Part shown: piece by piece, positions 9,167-17,524 of the stretch
Layout: the number at the start of each line of letters is the position of its first letter
Numbering within the stretch: position 1 is the first letter of the stretch
Source: Candidatus Woesearchaeota archaeon
GTDB taxonomy: Archaea; Nanobdellota; Nanobdellia; Woesearchaeales; GW2011-AR9
Assembly: GCA_013204355.1 (NCBI GenBank)
Contig: JABMOA010000017.1
Location: forward strand, 1-35,043
Length of the DNA stretch: 35,043 bases
Direction: 5' to 3'
Made by a program: the position numbers and the translations under genes
Notes under the pieces: model-generated
What the model was told of the DNA's origin: nothing
Databases searched by the model: none
What the model saw: the letters and a program-made list of their open reading frames with translations, nothing else

Positions 9167-9865
9167 TCACTCAACGCTAACTTGCCCTTGCGTCATGCCA
9201 TTCAGGGCATCTATAAAATCTTGAACCATGCCCGCAGGTAATTCCACAGTTGCTTTCCAAGATCCATCGCCAAGCCAGTCATCTTTTAAAATGGTAGAAT
9301 TCTGTTTAACATAGCCATATGCCTTTCCAGTAAATTGACCTGGGACTGTCATAATTAATTTTTTCTTTTCTATAGAAATAGGAATGATTGGACGTAATTT
9401 AGAAATAATTTCATCAAATTGTTCTTCAACAGTTTTATTATAATCTAAATTAATTTTTCCTTGTTCTAATGCTAATTCAATTCTTGTGACAGGATGAGGG
9501 AATCCAGTTTTTGGATCACAGGCATTTTGATTAATCATATGTACTAATTTTTTAAACTTCTGATCTCTTTCTGCGGATCTATGTCCTGATGTTAATTGAA
9601 TCTCTCCTTTCATCAGAATTTCATGTGCAACCTTTTCAAATACAGAAGTCCCAAATACCTCCTCCAACTCAGAAGAAGATGCAATCTGGCCTTTATGTGC
9701 ATCTGCAAAAATTTCATCTGCCATTAAAACATCATGTAATTCAACTTCACCTTTTTTATACTGAAGTGCTTTATCTGGGTCTACAGAAATTTCAAAAGTT
9801 TTACCAAACTTTTTAATTCTCGCTAAATTTAACTTTAGTTTATCATGTGAAGATTCGCCTGCCAT
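9167..9865 (-). CDS. sdo1: SBDS-family ribosome maturation protein (Sdo1)
   Basis: LARIKKFGKTFEISVDPDKALQYKKG ... DVLMADEIFADAHKGQ is the SBDS N-terminal FYSH domain. Start set to the first ATG (9865); the track ORF begins at an upstream TTG. Confidence 0.88.
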   Translation of the reverse strand: MAGESSHDKLKLNLARIKKFGKTFEISVDPDKALQYKKGEVELHDVLMADEIFADAHKGQIASSSELEEVFGTSVFEKVAHEILMKGEIQLTSGHRSAERDQKFKKLVHMINQNACDPKTGFPHPVTRIELALEQGKINLDYNKTVEEQFDEIISKLRPIIPISIEKKKLIMTVPGQFTGKAYGYVKQNSTILKDDWLGDGSWKATVELPAGMVQDFIDALNGMTQGQVSVE

Positions 9866-9921
9866 AATAAATGGAGAAAGAATGTGATATATAAATGTTG
9901 AGGATAAAAACAAAAAAAAAA

Positions 9922-10647
9922 TTATTTCACTAATTTTTGTAATTCATCATCTGATAACTTAACGAACCGTTTTTTCTCTGCGTTAATATAAGATGCATCT
10001 ACACGTTCAAAGTTGAAGTCACTACCTAAGAATTCTTTCAAAGCTGATAATCCTAATTTAATTCCTTCTTCAATACTTATATTAGCTTTCCATTTCTTCT
10101 GTAAGATTGGATCAACGATTGCTTCTCCTTCTCCAATGACAGCTGCCCTATGTTGGAAGTATAATCCATATGGTTCTGTGACGAATAATTTAATTGTACC
10201 GTCTTCTTCTACACCACCAACTAATAAAGATACACCAAACGGTCGTAATCCTGCTGATTGTGTGCAGATTTGTTTCAAGTCACAAATATCTTTTACAATT
10301 GATAAAATATCAATCTTAGAATCGTAGGTTACTGCATGTTGCTGTGCTTTTACTTGTGCTCTATCAACTAAAACACGTGCATCTGAAATAATTCCTGCTG
10401 CAGTTGCTGCAATGTGATCATCAATTCTAAAAGTTTTTTCAATTGCTTCTGGCACAACTAATTTTGATCTAATTGGTTTATCAGAAACAAAAACAACACC
10501 ATCTTTACATGTAATTGCAATAGCCGTTGAGCCTTGCCTTACTGTTTTCTTTGCGTATTCTACCTGTAATAATCTTCCATCAGGAGAAAACATTGTAATG
10601 GACCTATCATAGCCCATCTTATCAATCATTTGTTTACTAGGATTCAT
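9922..10647 (-). CDS. psmA: proteasome subunit alpha
   Basis: 241 aa. GYDRSITMFSPDGRLLQVEYAKKTVRQGSTAIAI is the canonical alpha-subunit N-terminal signature. Confidence 0.94.
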   Translation of the reverse strand: MNPSKQMIDKMGYDRSITMFSPDGRLLQVEYAKKTVRQGSTAIAITCKDGVVFVSDKPIRSKLVVPEAIEKTFRIDDHIAATAAGIISDARVLVDRAQVKAQQHAVTYDSKIDILSIVKDICDLKQICTQSAGLRPFGVSLLVGGVEEDGTIKLFVTEPYGLYFQHRAAVIGEGEAIVDPILQKKWKANISIEEGIKLGLSALKEFLGSDFNFERVDASYINAEKKRFVKLSDDELQKLVK

Positions 10648-10663
10648 TATTCACACCTCTTAA

Positions 10664-10978
10664 TTATAATTTTAGACTCGCTTTTTTCAACGTGCCAGAG
10701 ACTATAACTGATTTTAAAATCACTGCCTCGTTTTTAATCTTTTTGATTAAGATAATCCCTGTTATGGTCTCATCAACGTATTGATGATTTACTTTTAATA
10801 TAAATCTTTTGCCCTCAGCCTTTACAAATAAGGGAGATGCTTTAGACATTCCCAATTGACCAAAGTATTTTTCTAATGCTGTTTCTACAGCAAATTTCAA
10901 ATCTAATAAAGAATATTCCTTACTGACATCAAAGACAATGTACCGTTTCTTTTGTTTCAATGATTTCAGGAGTTTCAT
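10664..10978 (-). CDS. rnp2: RNase P protein component 2 (Pop5 / Rpp14 family)
   Basis: 104 aa. The N-terminal LKQKKRYIVFDV motif (KRRYIAFE-like) and the size fit Pop5, and it sits next to psmA as in the archaeal exosome/proteasome superoperon. Confidence 0.72.
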   Translation of the reverse strand: MKLLKSLKQKKRYIVFDVSKEYSLLDLKFAVETALEKYFGQLGMSKASPLFVKAEGKRFILKVNHQYVDETITGIILIKKIKNEAVILKSVIVSGTLKKASLKL

Positions 10979-10983
10979 AGATT

Positions 10984-11403
10984 TTATTCAACCATCTCTT
11001 CCATATCTAAAGGATCTTCATCTTCAGAGTCTTCCTCTAAACCCTCTAATGGCCGACCTGCTAACATTTCTGGAGAGTTTGTTAACATTTCACCAGGTTG
11101 TTGACCGCCCAGAGTTGATGCTAGAACTTCAATTTCTCCAAATTTTCCTGAAGAAACTTGTTTTTCATCTCTATACTCTGAACACCACCCATTTTTAATA
11201 TGGATACGAGCGCCTTGTTTAACTTTATCAACATCTTCATTCCATAATGTTAATGTTACAGTGCCAGTTGCATCTTTAACAATAGCATTACATACTTTTC
11301 CTGATTTTCCAAACTTTTCAAAAGTTCTTGCTTCTTTCAATTCCACAACCTCTACAACGAGATCCACTTTTCCTTGATTTGCCTGTAAGTCTTTAATTTC
11401 CAT
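10984..11403 (-). CDS. ssb: single OB-fold ssDNA-binding protein with acidic C-terminal tail (short SSB type)
   Basis: 139 aa. The OB-fold core (VCNAIVKDATGTVTLTLWNEDVDKVKQGARIHIKNGW) resembles the Sulfolobus-type SSB, followed by a flexible linker and a DE-rich tail (EGLEEDSEDEDPLDMEEMVE). GGTGG lies upstream of the ATG. Confidence 0.65.
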   Translation of the reverse strand: MEIKDLQANQGKVDLVVEVVELKEARTFEKFGKSGKVCNAIVKDATGTVTLTLWNEDVDKVKQGARIHIKNGWCSEYRDEKQVSSGKFGEIEVLASTLGGQQPGEMLTNSPEMLAGRPLEGLEEDSEDEDPLDMEEMVE

Positions 11404-11592
11404 ATTTCCACCTTTATATTAGATTAGATTAAGATTAAAGTAGTATTTAAGTTTTCTGATTTTGAGTTTGTGGTAATTGTCAATTTAGGATTTTTTTAAA
11501 GAAATTGTTTGTTGTAAAAAAATGGAGAATGTTTTATAAAAAATTGGATCTTTTTAATGTCAAAGGGATGGTTCTAAGTAAGTATAATAAAA

Positions 11593-12084
11593 ATGTCATT
11601 AGAAGAAATTACAAATCAAGGCACTAAAAAGGCAGCACTTGTTGATATCGGTAGTAATATCACTTATACTACAATCATAGGGGCTGGAATTGATGCTTGG
11701 ACTGGTTTAAATTTAACTGGAATCGTTGCTGCAAGAACAGCTTCTTTGGGAACGGTCAGCTTGACCTCTGCTCCTTACGGATGGTGGACCGAAAAGGTGT
11801 ATCAATTTACAAGAACAAGAGAAAATGCTAATTTCTTTAGAAAAAGAGCGGTGGATTTGCTTTCATTCAACACTTTTCAAATACCTGTTTATATGACCGT
11901 AGTAGCTGTTGGCTCATTTGTTTCAGAAGGAGAAATAAACACAGAAAAAGTAAAAAATGCAGCTGAAAATTTAGCAATTCTCTCCCCATTTATTGGTCCA
12001 ACACTTGGAGTCTATATGAATATTTGCAGAAAATTGTTTGGTATTAAAACAACTGCAGAAGGAGCATATAACAAATCACCTTAA
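11593..12084 (+). CDS. AlaE-like small membrane exporter (L-alanine exporter family, tentative)
   Basis: 163 aa. Collinear matches, from my memory of E. coli AlaE: PYG after TM2, TFQ.PVY (here NTFQIPVYM) and C-terminal G.Y...CR(R/K)LF (here GVYMNICRKLF). Confidence 0.55.
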   Translation: MSLEEITNQGTKKAALVDIGSNITYTTIIGAGIDAWTGLNLTGIVAARTASLGTVSLTSAPYGWWTEKVYQFTRTRENANFFRKRAVDLLSFNTFQIPVYMTVVAVGSFVSEGEINTEKVKNAAENLAILSPFIGPTLGVYMNICRKLFGIKTTAEGAYNKSP

Positions 12085-12611
12085 ACTCTTCCTTTCCCAA
12101 CTTGATCTTTCAATTGTATCATATGTTGCGCATACTTTTTCTGATGTTCAGCAGGTAATCTTTTGTAATGTTTCTCTAACTCTGTTGTTTTTTCTTGAAT
12201 TTCTTTTACAGTTCCAGAAACTGAATCCGTTAATTTTGTTTCAAATTCTTTGCCTTTTTGAATAAGTTCTTCAATTTTTTTCCGTAATTGCATTAATTTT
12301 AGATAATGATCTTTCTTTTTATCTAATGGCATTTTCAAATAATGTCCATATAATATTTTGTATTCTTTCTTTAAGAATTCTAAAGGGATATCATGTGCTT
12401 TTGCAAGAAGATGTTCAATCTTTTCTTCTAATTTCCTTGCAGAAGTCCATACAGAATGATGAAATACAACAATGCCAAAAATTAAAGTAAGGACTGCAAT
12501 TACACCTAATAATAATTGTAGCCCAGGAGATTCAAGGAAAAGTAATAAAGCCGACGCACTAATAAATACAATAATTAAAACTGTTAACAACCCACCTCGT
12601 TTTGTAATCAT
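12081..12611 (-). CDS. hypothetical membrane protein with cytoplasmic coiled-coil region
   Basis: 176 aa with two N-terminal hydrophobic helices, then a Lys/Glu-rich helical region. Its ATG overlaps the glyS TGA (ATGA). Confidence 0.5.
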   Translation of the reverse strand: MITKRGGLLTVLIIVFISASALLLFLESPGLQLLLGVIAVLTLIFGIVVFHHSVWTSARKLEEKIEHLLAKAHDIPLEFLKKEYKILYGHYLKMPLDKKKDHYLKLMQLRKKIEELIQKGKEFETKLTDSVSGTVKEIQEKTTELEKHYKRLPAEHQKKYAQHMIQLKDQVGKGRV

Positions 12612-14086
12612 TTATTTTCACGTAAGTAATGTAGTAATTCTTTAATTTTTATCCGTTTCTGTTCCGTAGTATCTCTATCCCTCACAGTCACAGATTCATC
12701 TTCTAATGTTTCAAAGTCAATTGTGATACAATATTTTGTTCCATTTTCATCTGCACGCGCATATCGTCTCCCAACAGATGCTGTTTGATCATAAAAACAT
12801 GAGAATTCTTTTCGTACTAAATCATAAACTTCATGTGCTTTTCCAACCACATTGTCTTTATTTTTTACTAATGGAAATACAGCACAATAGAATGGTGTGA
12901 ACTCTGAAGGTAATGCTAACACATCATTTCCTCGCTGTTCGTCTTTATGGTAATTGAGATCTAATAAAGCATAAACATTCCGATCAACACCAAATGATAA
13001 TTCCAACACATGAGGAATAAATTTTTCACCAGTTGTTTCATCTACTACTTCCATTTTTTCTTTAGAAACTTCTTGATGTCCTTTTAAATCATGATCCGTT
13101 CTGTAATGTAATCCACCCATTTCTGTGAACCCTTGTGAATTCAAATCTATTTCAATGTCAAAATGATTTTTGTTGTAGAATGCTTTCTCTTTATCATCTA
13201 ATTCATAGAATCTAAACTTCTCTTTTGGGATTTTAAGAACTTCAAGATAAAATTTTTGAATAACTGCAAGGTGATAGACATAGAATTTAGGTAATCCACG
13301 TTCAACAAGTTCTGTAACACTTCGTTCCACAACCATATTTGATTCACGATCCTCTTGCAACATGACCTGTAAAGGATAATTCTTCACTTTTTCAAAATCT
13401 GGATGTTCATTAACTTTACTAGGATTGAAAAATATTTGTAATTCTGCTTGTGTAAATGCTCTTTGTCGTAACGTCAAACTTCGCGGTGAAATTTCATTTC
13501 GATACGCACGTCCAACCATTGCAAGACCCATTGGAATTTTTTTACGTAATAATTCAAATTGTAATTTGAAATTTACAAAAGGGGATTGTGCTGTTTCTGG
13601 TCGTAAGTATGCTCTTTGAGAACCATCAACGCCTAATTGCACAGGGAACATCATGTTCATGACTTCTACTGGCATCAAATCTGATTTACAATGTGGACAC
13701 TTGATTTTATGTTCTTCAATAAGATTAGATAATTGTTCAGGAGATAATCCTTCAACTCGCTTCTTGATTGCACCTTCAATAAGATGATCAGCTCTGTAAT
13801 TCACTTGACATTCGCTGCATTTCGTAATTGGATCAACAAAATTCTCTAAATGCCCAGATGCTTTGAAAACATTTTCATGCATAATTTCAGATCCTTCAAT
13901 TTCATGAAAATTATCGTGAAGACTTAGAAAGTATCCTCTCCACGCATTTTGAAAATTATGTTTTAGAGAAGTTCCTAAGTGACCATAATCATAGAATCCC
14001 GCTAATCCACCATATATCTCAGAACTCCGATAGATGAAACCCTTCTGTTTACAAAATGTTGCCAATTCTTGTGATGTGTGTGTCAT
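12608..14086 (-). CDS. glyS: glycine--tRNA ligase (archaeal/eukaryotic alpha2 type)
   Basis: 492 aa. FCKQKGFIYRSSEIYGGLAGFYDYGHLG, RPETAQ, class II motifs and a C-terminal anticodon-binding domain typical of GlyRS. Confidence 0.95.
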   Translation of the reverse strand: MTHTSQELATFCKQKGFIYRSSEIYGGLAGFYDYGHLGTSLKHNFQNAWRGYFLSLHDNFHEIEGSEIMHENVFKASGHLENFVDPITKCSECQVNYRADHLIEGAIKKRVEGLSPEQLSNLIEEHKIKCPHCKSDLMPVEVMNMMFPVQLGVDGSQRAYLRPETAQSPFVNFKLQFELLRKKIPMGLAMVGRAYRNEISPRSLTLRQRAFTQAELQIFFNPSKVNEHPDFEKVKNYPLQVMLQEDRESNMVVERSVTELVERGLPKFYVYHLAVIQKFYLEVLKIPKEKFRFYELDDKEKAFYNKNHFDIEIDLNSQGFTEMGGLHYRTDHDLKGHQEVSKEKMEVVDETTGEKFIPHVLELSFGVDRNVYALLDLNYHKDEQRGNDVLALPSEFTPFYCAVFPLVKNKDNVVGKAHEVYDLVRKEFSCFYDQTASVGRRYARADENGTKYCITIDFETLEDESVTVRDRDTTEQKRIKIKELLHYLRENK

Positions 14087-14118
14087 TTGGTTTAGAAGTT
14101 GTTGGGTGTTTATTAAAT

Positions 14119-15153
14119 TTATCCTAGTTTTTGGTCATACTTAATACGGCTATACATAATCATAGAACCATACTCTAAAATATGATCCGAAAATAAATCC
14201 TGAAATTCTTGTACAACATCATGAAACTCATAATTATTCTGGGTAAATATACTTATTTTATAATTCCACATACCAATATAACTTGCTATGAATGCAATAT
14301 TAGGGTGGTTTTTACAAAATGTAAATAATTTTTCTTGATCTACATTTTTTAATTTTAATAACAAAGAATGCCATTGATACCCCATTAGATTAAAATTTAA
14401 TACTACTAAAAATTGCTTAATTACTTTAGATTTAATCAAAGTACGTAAACGATTAATAACTGTGTTTGGCGCAAGTTTTGTTTTTTTCGCAACACCTAAA
14501 ATGGGCATTCTTGAATTTAAGGATAATGCTTTTAATATTTTTTTGTCCACCAAATCCACTTCCTTTTTTGACTGTTTCAGATTGAATTCTTTCATAAAAG
14601 AACTCCCCTTAGCATCTTTAATATTATCTAATTGTGCTTGTAATTCTTTATTCCCAACAATTGCGCCTCTACCCGTGTATTGAGTCGTTACTTGTAATAA
14701 TATATCATAAGAGACTACCAAATTGTCAAATTTTGAAATAAACTCACTAAAAAAAGAATCAAAATGTTCTATTTCTATAGTTGCAACCTCAAACTGAAGA
14801 TTATAATATCCCCCACAATTTTGTACTAAGACAACATTAGAAGAATGATCTAAGTAGGTAATTATTTCCTTTTCCCTTTCAAGATTTTTAAGTCTTAAAA
14901 ATACAGTAAAAATGGTGTAACCTAAACTCCTCAGATTTATATAGGTAATAAATCCAGAAATTACTTTTTGTTCACTTAATTTTTTTATTCTATAACTTAC
15001 AATGTCGCGTGAGATTTTTATTTTTTTAGCAATAGCATTAGTTGAAATCCGTGCATTTTGACCAAGAAGGTATAAAATCTTACGATCTATGAGGTCTAGT
15101 TTAACTGTAGGATTAATATTTTCTATTTGTCCTTTAAAATATTTTTTACTCAT
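14119..15153 (-). CDS. tandem (double) Lrp/AsnC-family transcriptional regulator
   Basis: 344 aa with two HTH_AsnC-like modules (KLDLIDRKILYLLGQNARISTNAIAKKIKISRDIVSYRIKKL and VDLVDKKILKALSLNSRMPILGVAKKTKLAPNTVINRLRTL), each followed by a RAM-like domain. Paralogous to 19843..20916. Confidence 0.8.
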   Translation of the reverse strand: MSKKYFKGQIENINPTVKLDLIDRKILYLLGQNARISTNAIAKKIKISRDIVSYRIKKLSEQKVISGFITYINLRSLGYTIFTVFLRLKNLEREKEIITYLDHSSNVVLVQNCGGYYNLQFEVATIEIEHFDSFFSEFISKFDNLVVSYDILLQVTTQYTGRGAIVGNKELQAQLDNIKDAKGSSFMKEFNLKQSKKEVDLVDKKILKALSLNSRMPILGVAKKTKLAPNTVINRLRTLIKSKVIKQFLVVLNFNLMGYQWHSLLLKLKNVDQEKLFTFCKNHPNIAFIASYIGMWNYKISIFTQNNYEFHDVVQEFQDLFSDHILEYGSMIMYSRIKYDQKLG

Positions 15154-15249
15154 TTTGAAGACAGAAGATTCAGTTTAATATAAAGATTTTGCAAAAAAGA
15201 GGGTTTTTTAAGACAATATCTAATATATTACTAAAAATATAGTAATTAA

Positions 15250-16035
15250 ATGAAAAAAACACTATCTGCAATTATCGGAGGAGTTGTCCTAACAAGCACC
15301 ATCGCATTAGGACAATATGGCATACCACATTTTTTTCCAAAACAAAGGTATAAACAAACAGGTATTGAAACAAAAGTTGCTAATGGACATACATTTGCAA
15401 TACCACTTATTGTAGATTCATGGCAAATACCCTATCAGAATTTATTAAACCAAACACAAAACATCATGAGTGAAGCTGACGGAAAAACAATGAGTTATGG
15501 TTGTGATCAAGGGGTAACAGTACTAAAATTTGGTATTGGGTGTTATGAGAAAGAGTGTTCAAGAACAGAGTATGTTGAAGAATGTACTACATTTAAAGGA
15601 TGTGACCCAAGTGCAGGTTATTGCCCCTCAAACGCGAGAATGGATAGAGAAGTATGCAAAGATGTAAAGAGATGTGTGGAATACGGTTCAAAACAAAAAT
15701 TTTACATTCCTTACGACAGCATGAGTAGTATTTCAAAAGGAAATTCTTTTTTCTCTGATGATGACTTAATTATTAGTACAGATAATGGAGAGGAGTTTAG
15801 TTTTGATTTAAATAGTTCAAGTTCAGCGAGAACTGCGGTGTCTTTGTTAAATATACTAAAATCTGCAAGTTACCATATGGAACAACATACAGAACAAATT
15901 GAAATACAAAGAGATTCAATCTTAGCAAGTTATAATGTTGCTTTAAGACAAGAGAATTTAAATAAAATAAAGGCTGAAGAAAAGTTTAAAAAACTTCCTT
16001 ATGCTGCGAAACAAAAAAATTTGAATGGTGAATAA
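15250..16035 (+). CDS. secreted Cys-rich hypothetical protein
   Basis: 261 aa with a signal-peptide-like N-terminus (MKKTLSAIIGGVVLTSTIALG). A central segment holds 10 Cys within about 70 residues, followed by a C-terminal helical region. Divergent from the tandem-Lrp gene. Confidence 0.6.
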   Translation: MKKTLSAIIGGVVLTSTIALGQYGIPHFFPKQRYKQTGIETKVANGHTFAIPLIVDSWQIPYQNLLNQTQNIMSEADGKTMSYGCDQGVTVLKFGIGCYEKECSRTEYVEECTTFKGCDPSAGYCPSNARMDREVCKDVKRCVEYGSKQKFYIPYDSMSSISKGNSFFSDDDLIISTDNGEEFSFDLNSSSSARTAVSLLNILKSASYHMEQHTEQIEIQRDSILASYNVALRQENLNKIKAEEKFKKLPYAAKQKNLNGE

Positions 16036-16037
16036 AA

Positions 16038-16742
16038 ATGAGACAAAACAAAAGCACAATTGAACAACATTTTAATAATTTAGCTTTTCAAGAACCTACA
16101 AGACCTAACGAATTTTTAAATGATAGGTATAGAGAATGTGCAAAAGCAACAATTGCATCTTTAGGTGTAGGGCTTGCAGGCGCAATCGGCACTTATTTTT
16201 TTGAAAATGACGTTCTTGAAATTTTAGCAGGATTTAGTACAATTACAGGATTAGTAATGGGAGGAACTTTAAGTAGTGAGCTTATCAAAATCAAAAAATT
16301 AAAACCTCAGTTAGAAGAAAAATTAAAAGAAGAACATGACCAGACTAGTTTTTATGAATTAGATGGAAAATTTACAACAAACCCAACCATTGCTGAAAAA
16401 ACTTATGGGCAACCAGTTTATTTGATTGATCAAAATTCAAAAATACCATCCCTTAGCACGCCCCATCTTTTATTTATAGGTCCTCATGAAGAAGGTTCTT
16501 ATCAAAGAAGATTAAGTCAAAAAGTTACTTTTGAAAATATTATTGGACCAGATTATTCTGATAAAATTGAACATACAACTATTTATGAGAACATCTTCTG
16601 TAGATTCCCAGATGAATCAGAAATTAATTTGGTATGTGAACCATCTAATGTTCCTATGATTAAGGAAAAATTTAATGGTGCAATGATTTTATCTGTAAAT
16701 AATGGAACAAAAGCATTTAAGAGATATTTTATCTCTTCTTAA
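16038..16742 (+). CDS. hypothetical membrane protein (two TM helices + C-terminal soluble domain)
   Basis: 234 aa, starting 2 nt after the preceding stop. Hydrophobic helices lie around ATIASLGVGLAGAIGTYFF and LAGFSTITGLVMGGTL. Confidence 0.55.
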   Translation: MRQNKSTIEQHFNNLAFQEPTRPNEFLNDRYRECAKATIASLGVGLAGAIGTYFFENDVLEILAGFSTITGLVMGGTLSSELIKIKKLKPQLEEKLKEEHDQTSFYELDGKFTTNPTIAEKTYGQPVYLIDQNSKIPSLSTPHLLFIGPHEEGSYQRRLSQKVTFENIIGPDYSDKIEHTTIYENIFCRFPDESEINLVCEPSNVPMIKEKFNGAMILSVNNGTKAFKRYFISS

Positions 16743-16748
16743 TTAAAT

Positions 16749-16805
16749 TTATTTTTTCAACCACCCAACTTCTTCACTAGTTAACTCCAATTCCTCCAGA
16801 ATGTA
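16749..16805 (-). pseudogene. relic 3' end of a replication factor C large-subunit gene
   Basis: The minus strand reads ..YILEELELTSEEVGWLKK*, versus the true rfcL C-terminus ..EIAHELELTGEEVGWLRK*. 35/45 nt are identical, including a perfect 16-mer TCAACCACCCAACTTC (16757-16772 = 17533-17548). Confidence 0.65.
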
Positions 16806-16891
16806 GAAGTTGATGGAGATCTATTAAGGTTTTTGCGTAATTTATAAAAATGAAGCAAAAGTTTTTTAAAAGGATTCAATAAATAATTTTT

Positions 16892-17509
16892 ATGGGAGTA
16901 ATGGAAACAGTTGGAGATTCAAATTCAAAGTATTTAGACGCACTTCATAGGCATACAGAAGAAAGTCAGTCTTCTCGATGGAACAATTATCGTGAAATAC
17001 CTCTTTTAAACCTAAGAAATGATAATTCTTTGACAACAAGAATTACAGTTAGTCTAATTAATAGATGCGTTAATTCAGATTACATTAAAAATGCTCGATA
17101 TCTCATGATAGGTTATGCTCGGCGTGGATTTCATGATGCTGAAAATGTCTTAGTGTTCAACCCTTCTGATTTTGAAACTGTACGTATTCCATTTGCACAA
17201 CCCATTCCAGATTTAGATGTATATGCACCTACGTTTCAAGCAGTACAAGAAATGGGAGAAGAACGCCCCCTTGTTACACCACGAGGAGAACATTATATTG
17301 ATATTCCTGTTTTAAAAAGATGGTTCTGGGGAGCATATTCCACTAATATTGGAGATTTTTGGGAACAATTTAATGACTCATCTCCAAAGAATCATGCAGA
17401 AGACAATCATATTTCATTCTATACCAGACGTTCTGATGGACGTGTTGCCTGGATGCACTTTCCCGTTTCTTCAGAATCTTCAATTGAAGAGAAAGTAGGT
17501 AGAATTTAA
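16892..17509 (+). CDS. hypothetical protein (orphan cargo between the two rfcL 3'-end copies)
   Basis: ATG-initiated 205-aa ORF. No family recognised and no TM segments. Confidence 0.5.
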   Translation: MGVMETVGDSNSKYLDALHRHTEESQSSRWNNYREIPLLNLRNDNSLTTRITVSLINRCVNSDYIKNARYLMIGYARRGFHDAENVLVFNPSDFETVRIPFAQPIPDLDVYAPTFQAVQEMGEERPLVTPRGEHYIDIPVLKRWFWGAYSTNIGDFWEQFNDSSPKNHAEDNHISFYTRRSDGRVAWMHFPVSSESSIEEKVGRI

Positions 17510-17524
17510 AAAATCTTCATCCAT

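Noticed and set aside
3244-10327. Long antisense or alternate-frame ORFs within the core operon (3244-3642+, 3914-4102+, 4815-5258+, 5701-5910+, 7317-7655+, 8108-8521+, 9589-9816+, 10013-10327+).
   Set aside because: Each lies entirely opposite a confidently identified conserved gene, has no start context and has a low-complexity or odd composition. They are typical shadow ORFs.
15228-15237. Shared 10-mer TTACTAAAAA in both tandem-Lrp divergent promoter regions (also at 20922-20931), considered as a candidate Lrp operator.
   Set aside because: It is pure A/T-rich sequence at different positions relative to the genes in the two cassettes, so a chance match is likely in this composition. It is not reported as a site.
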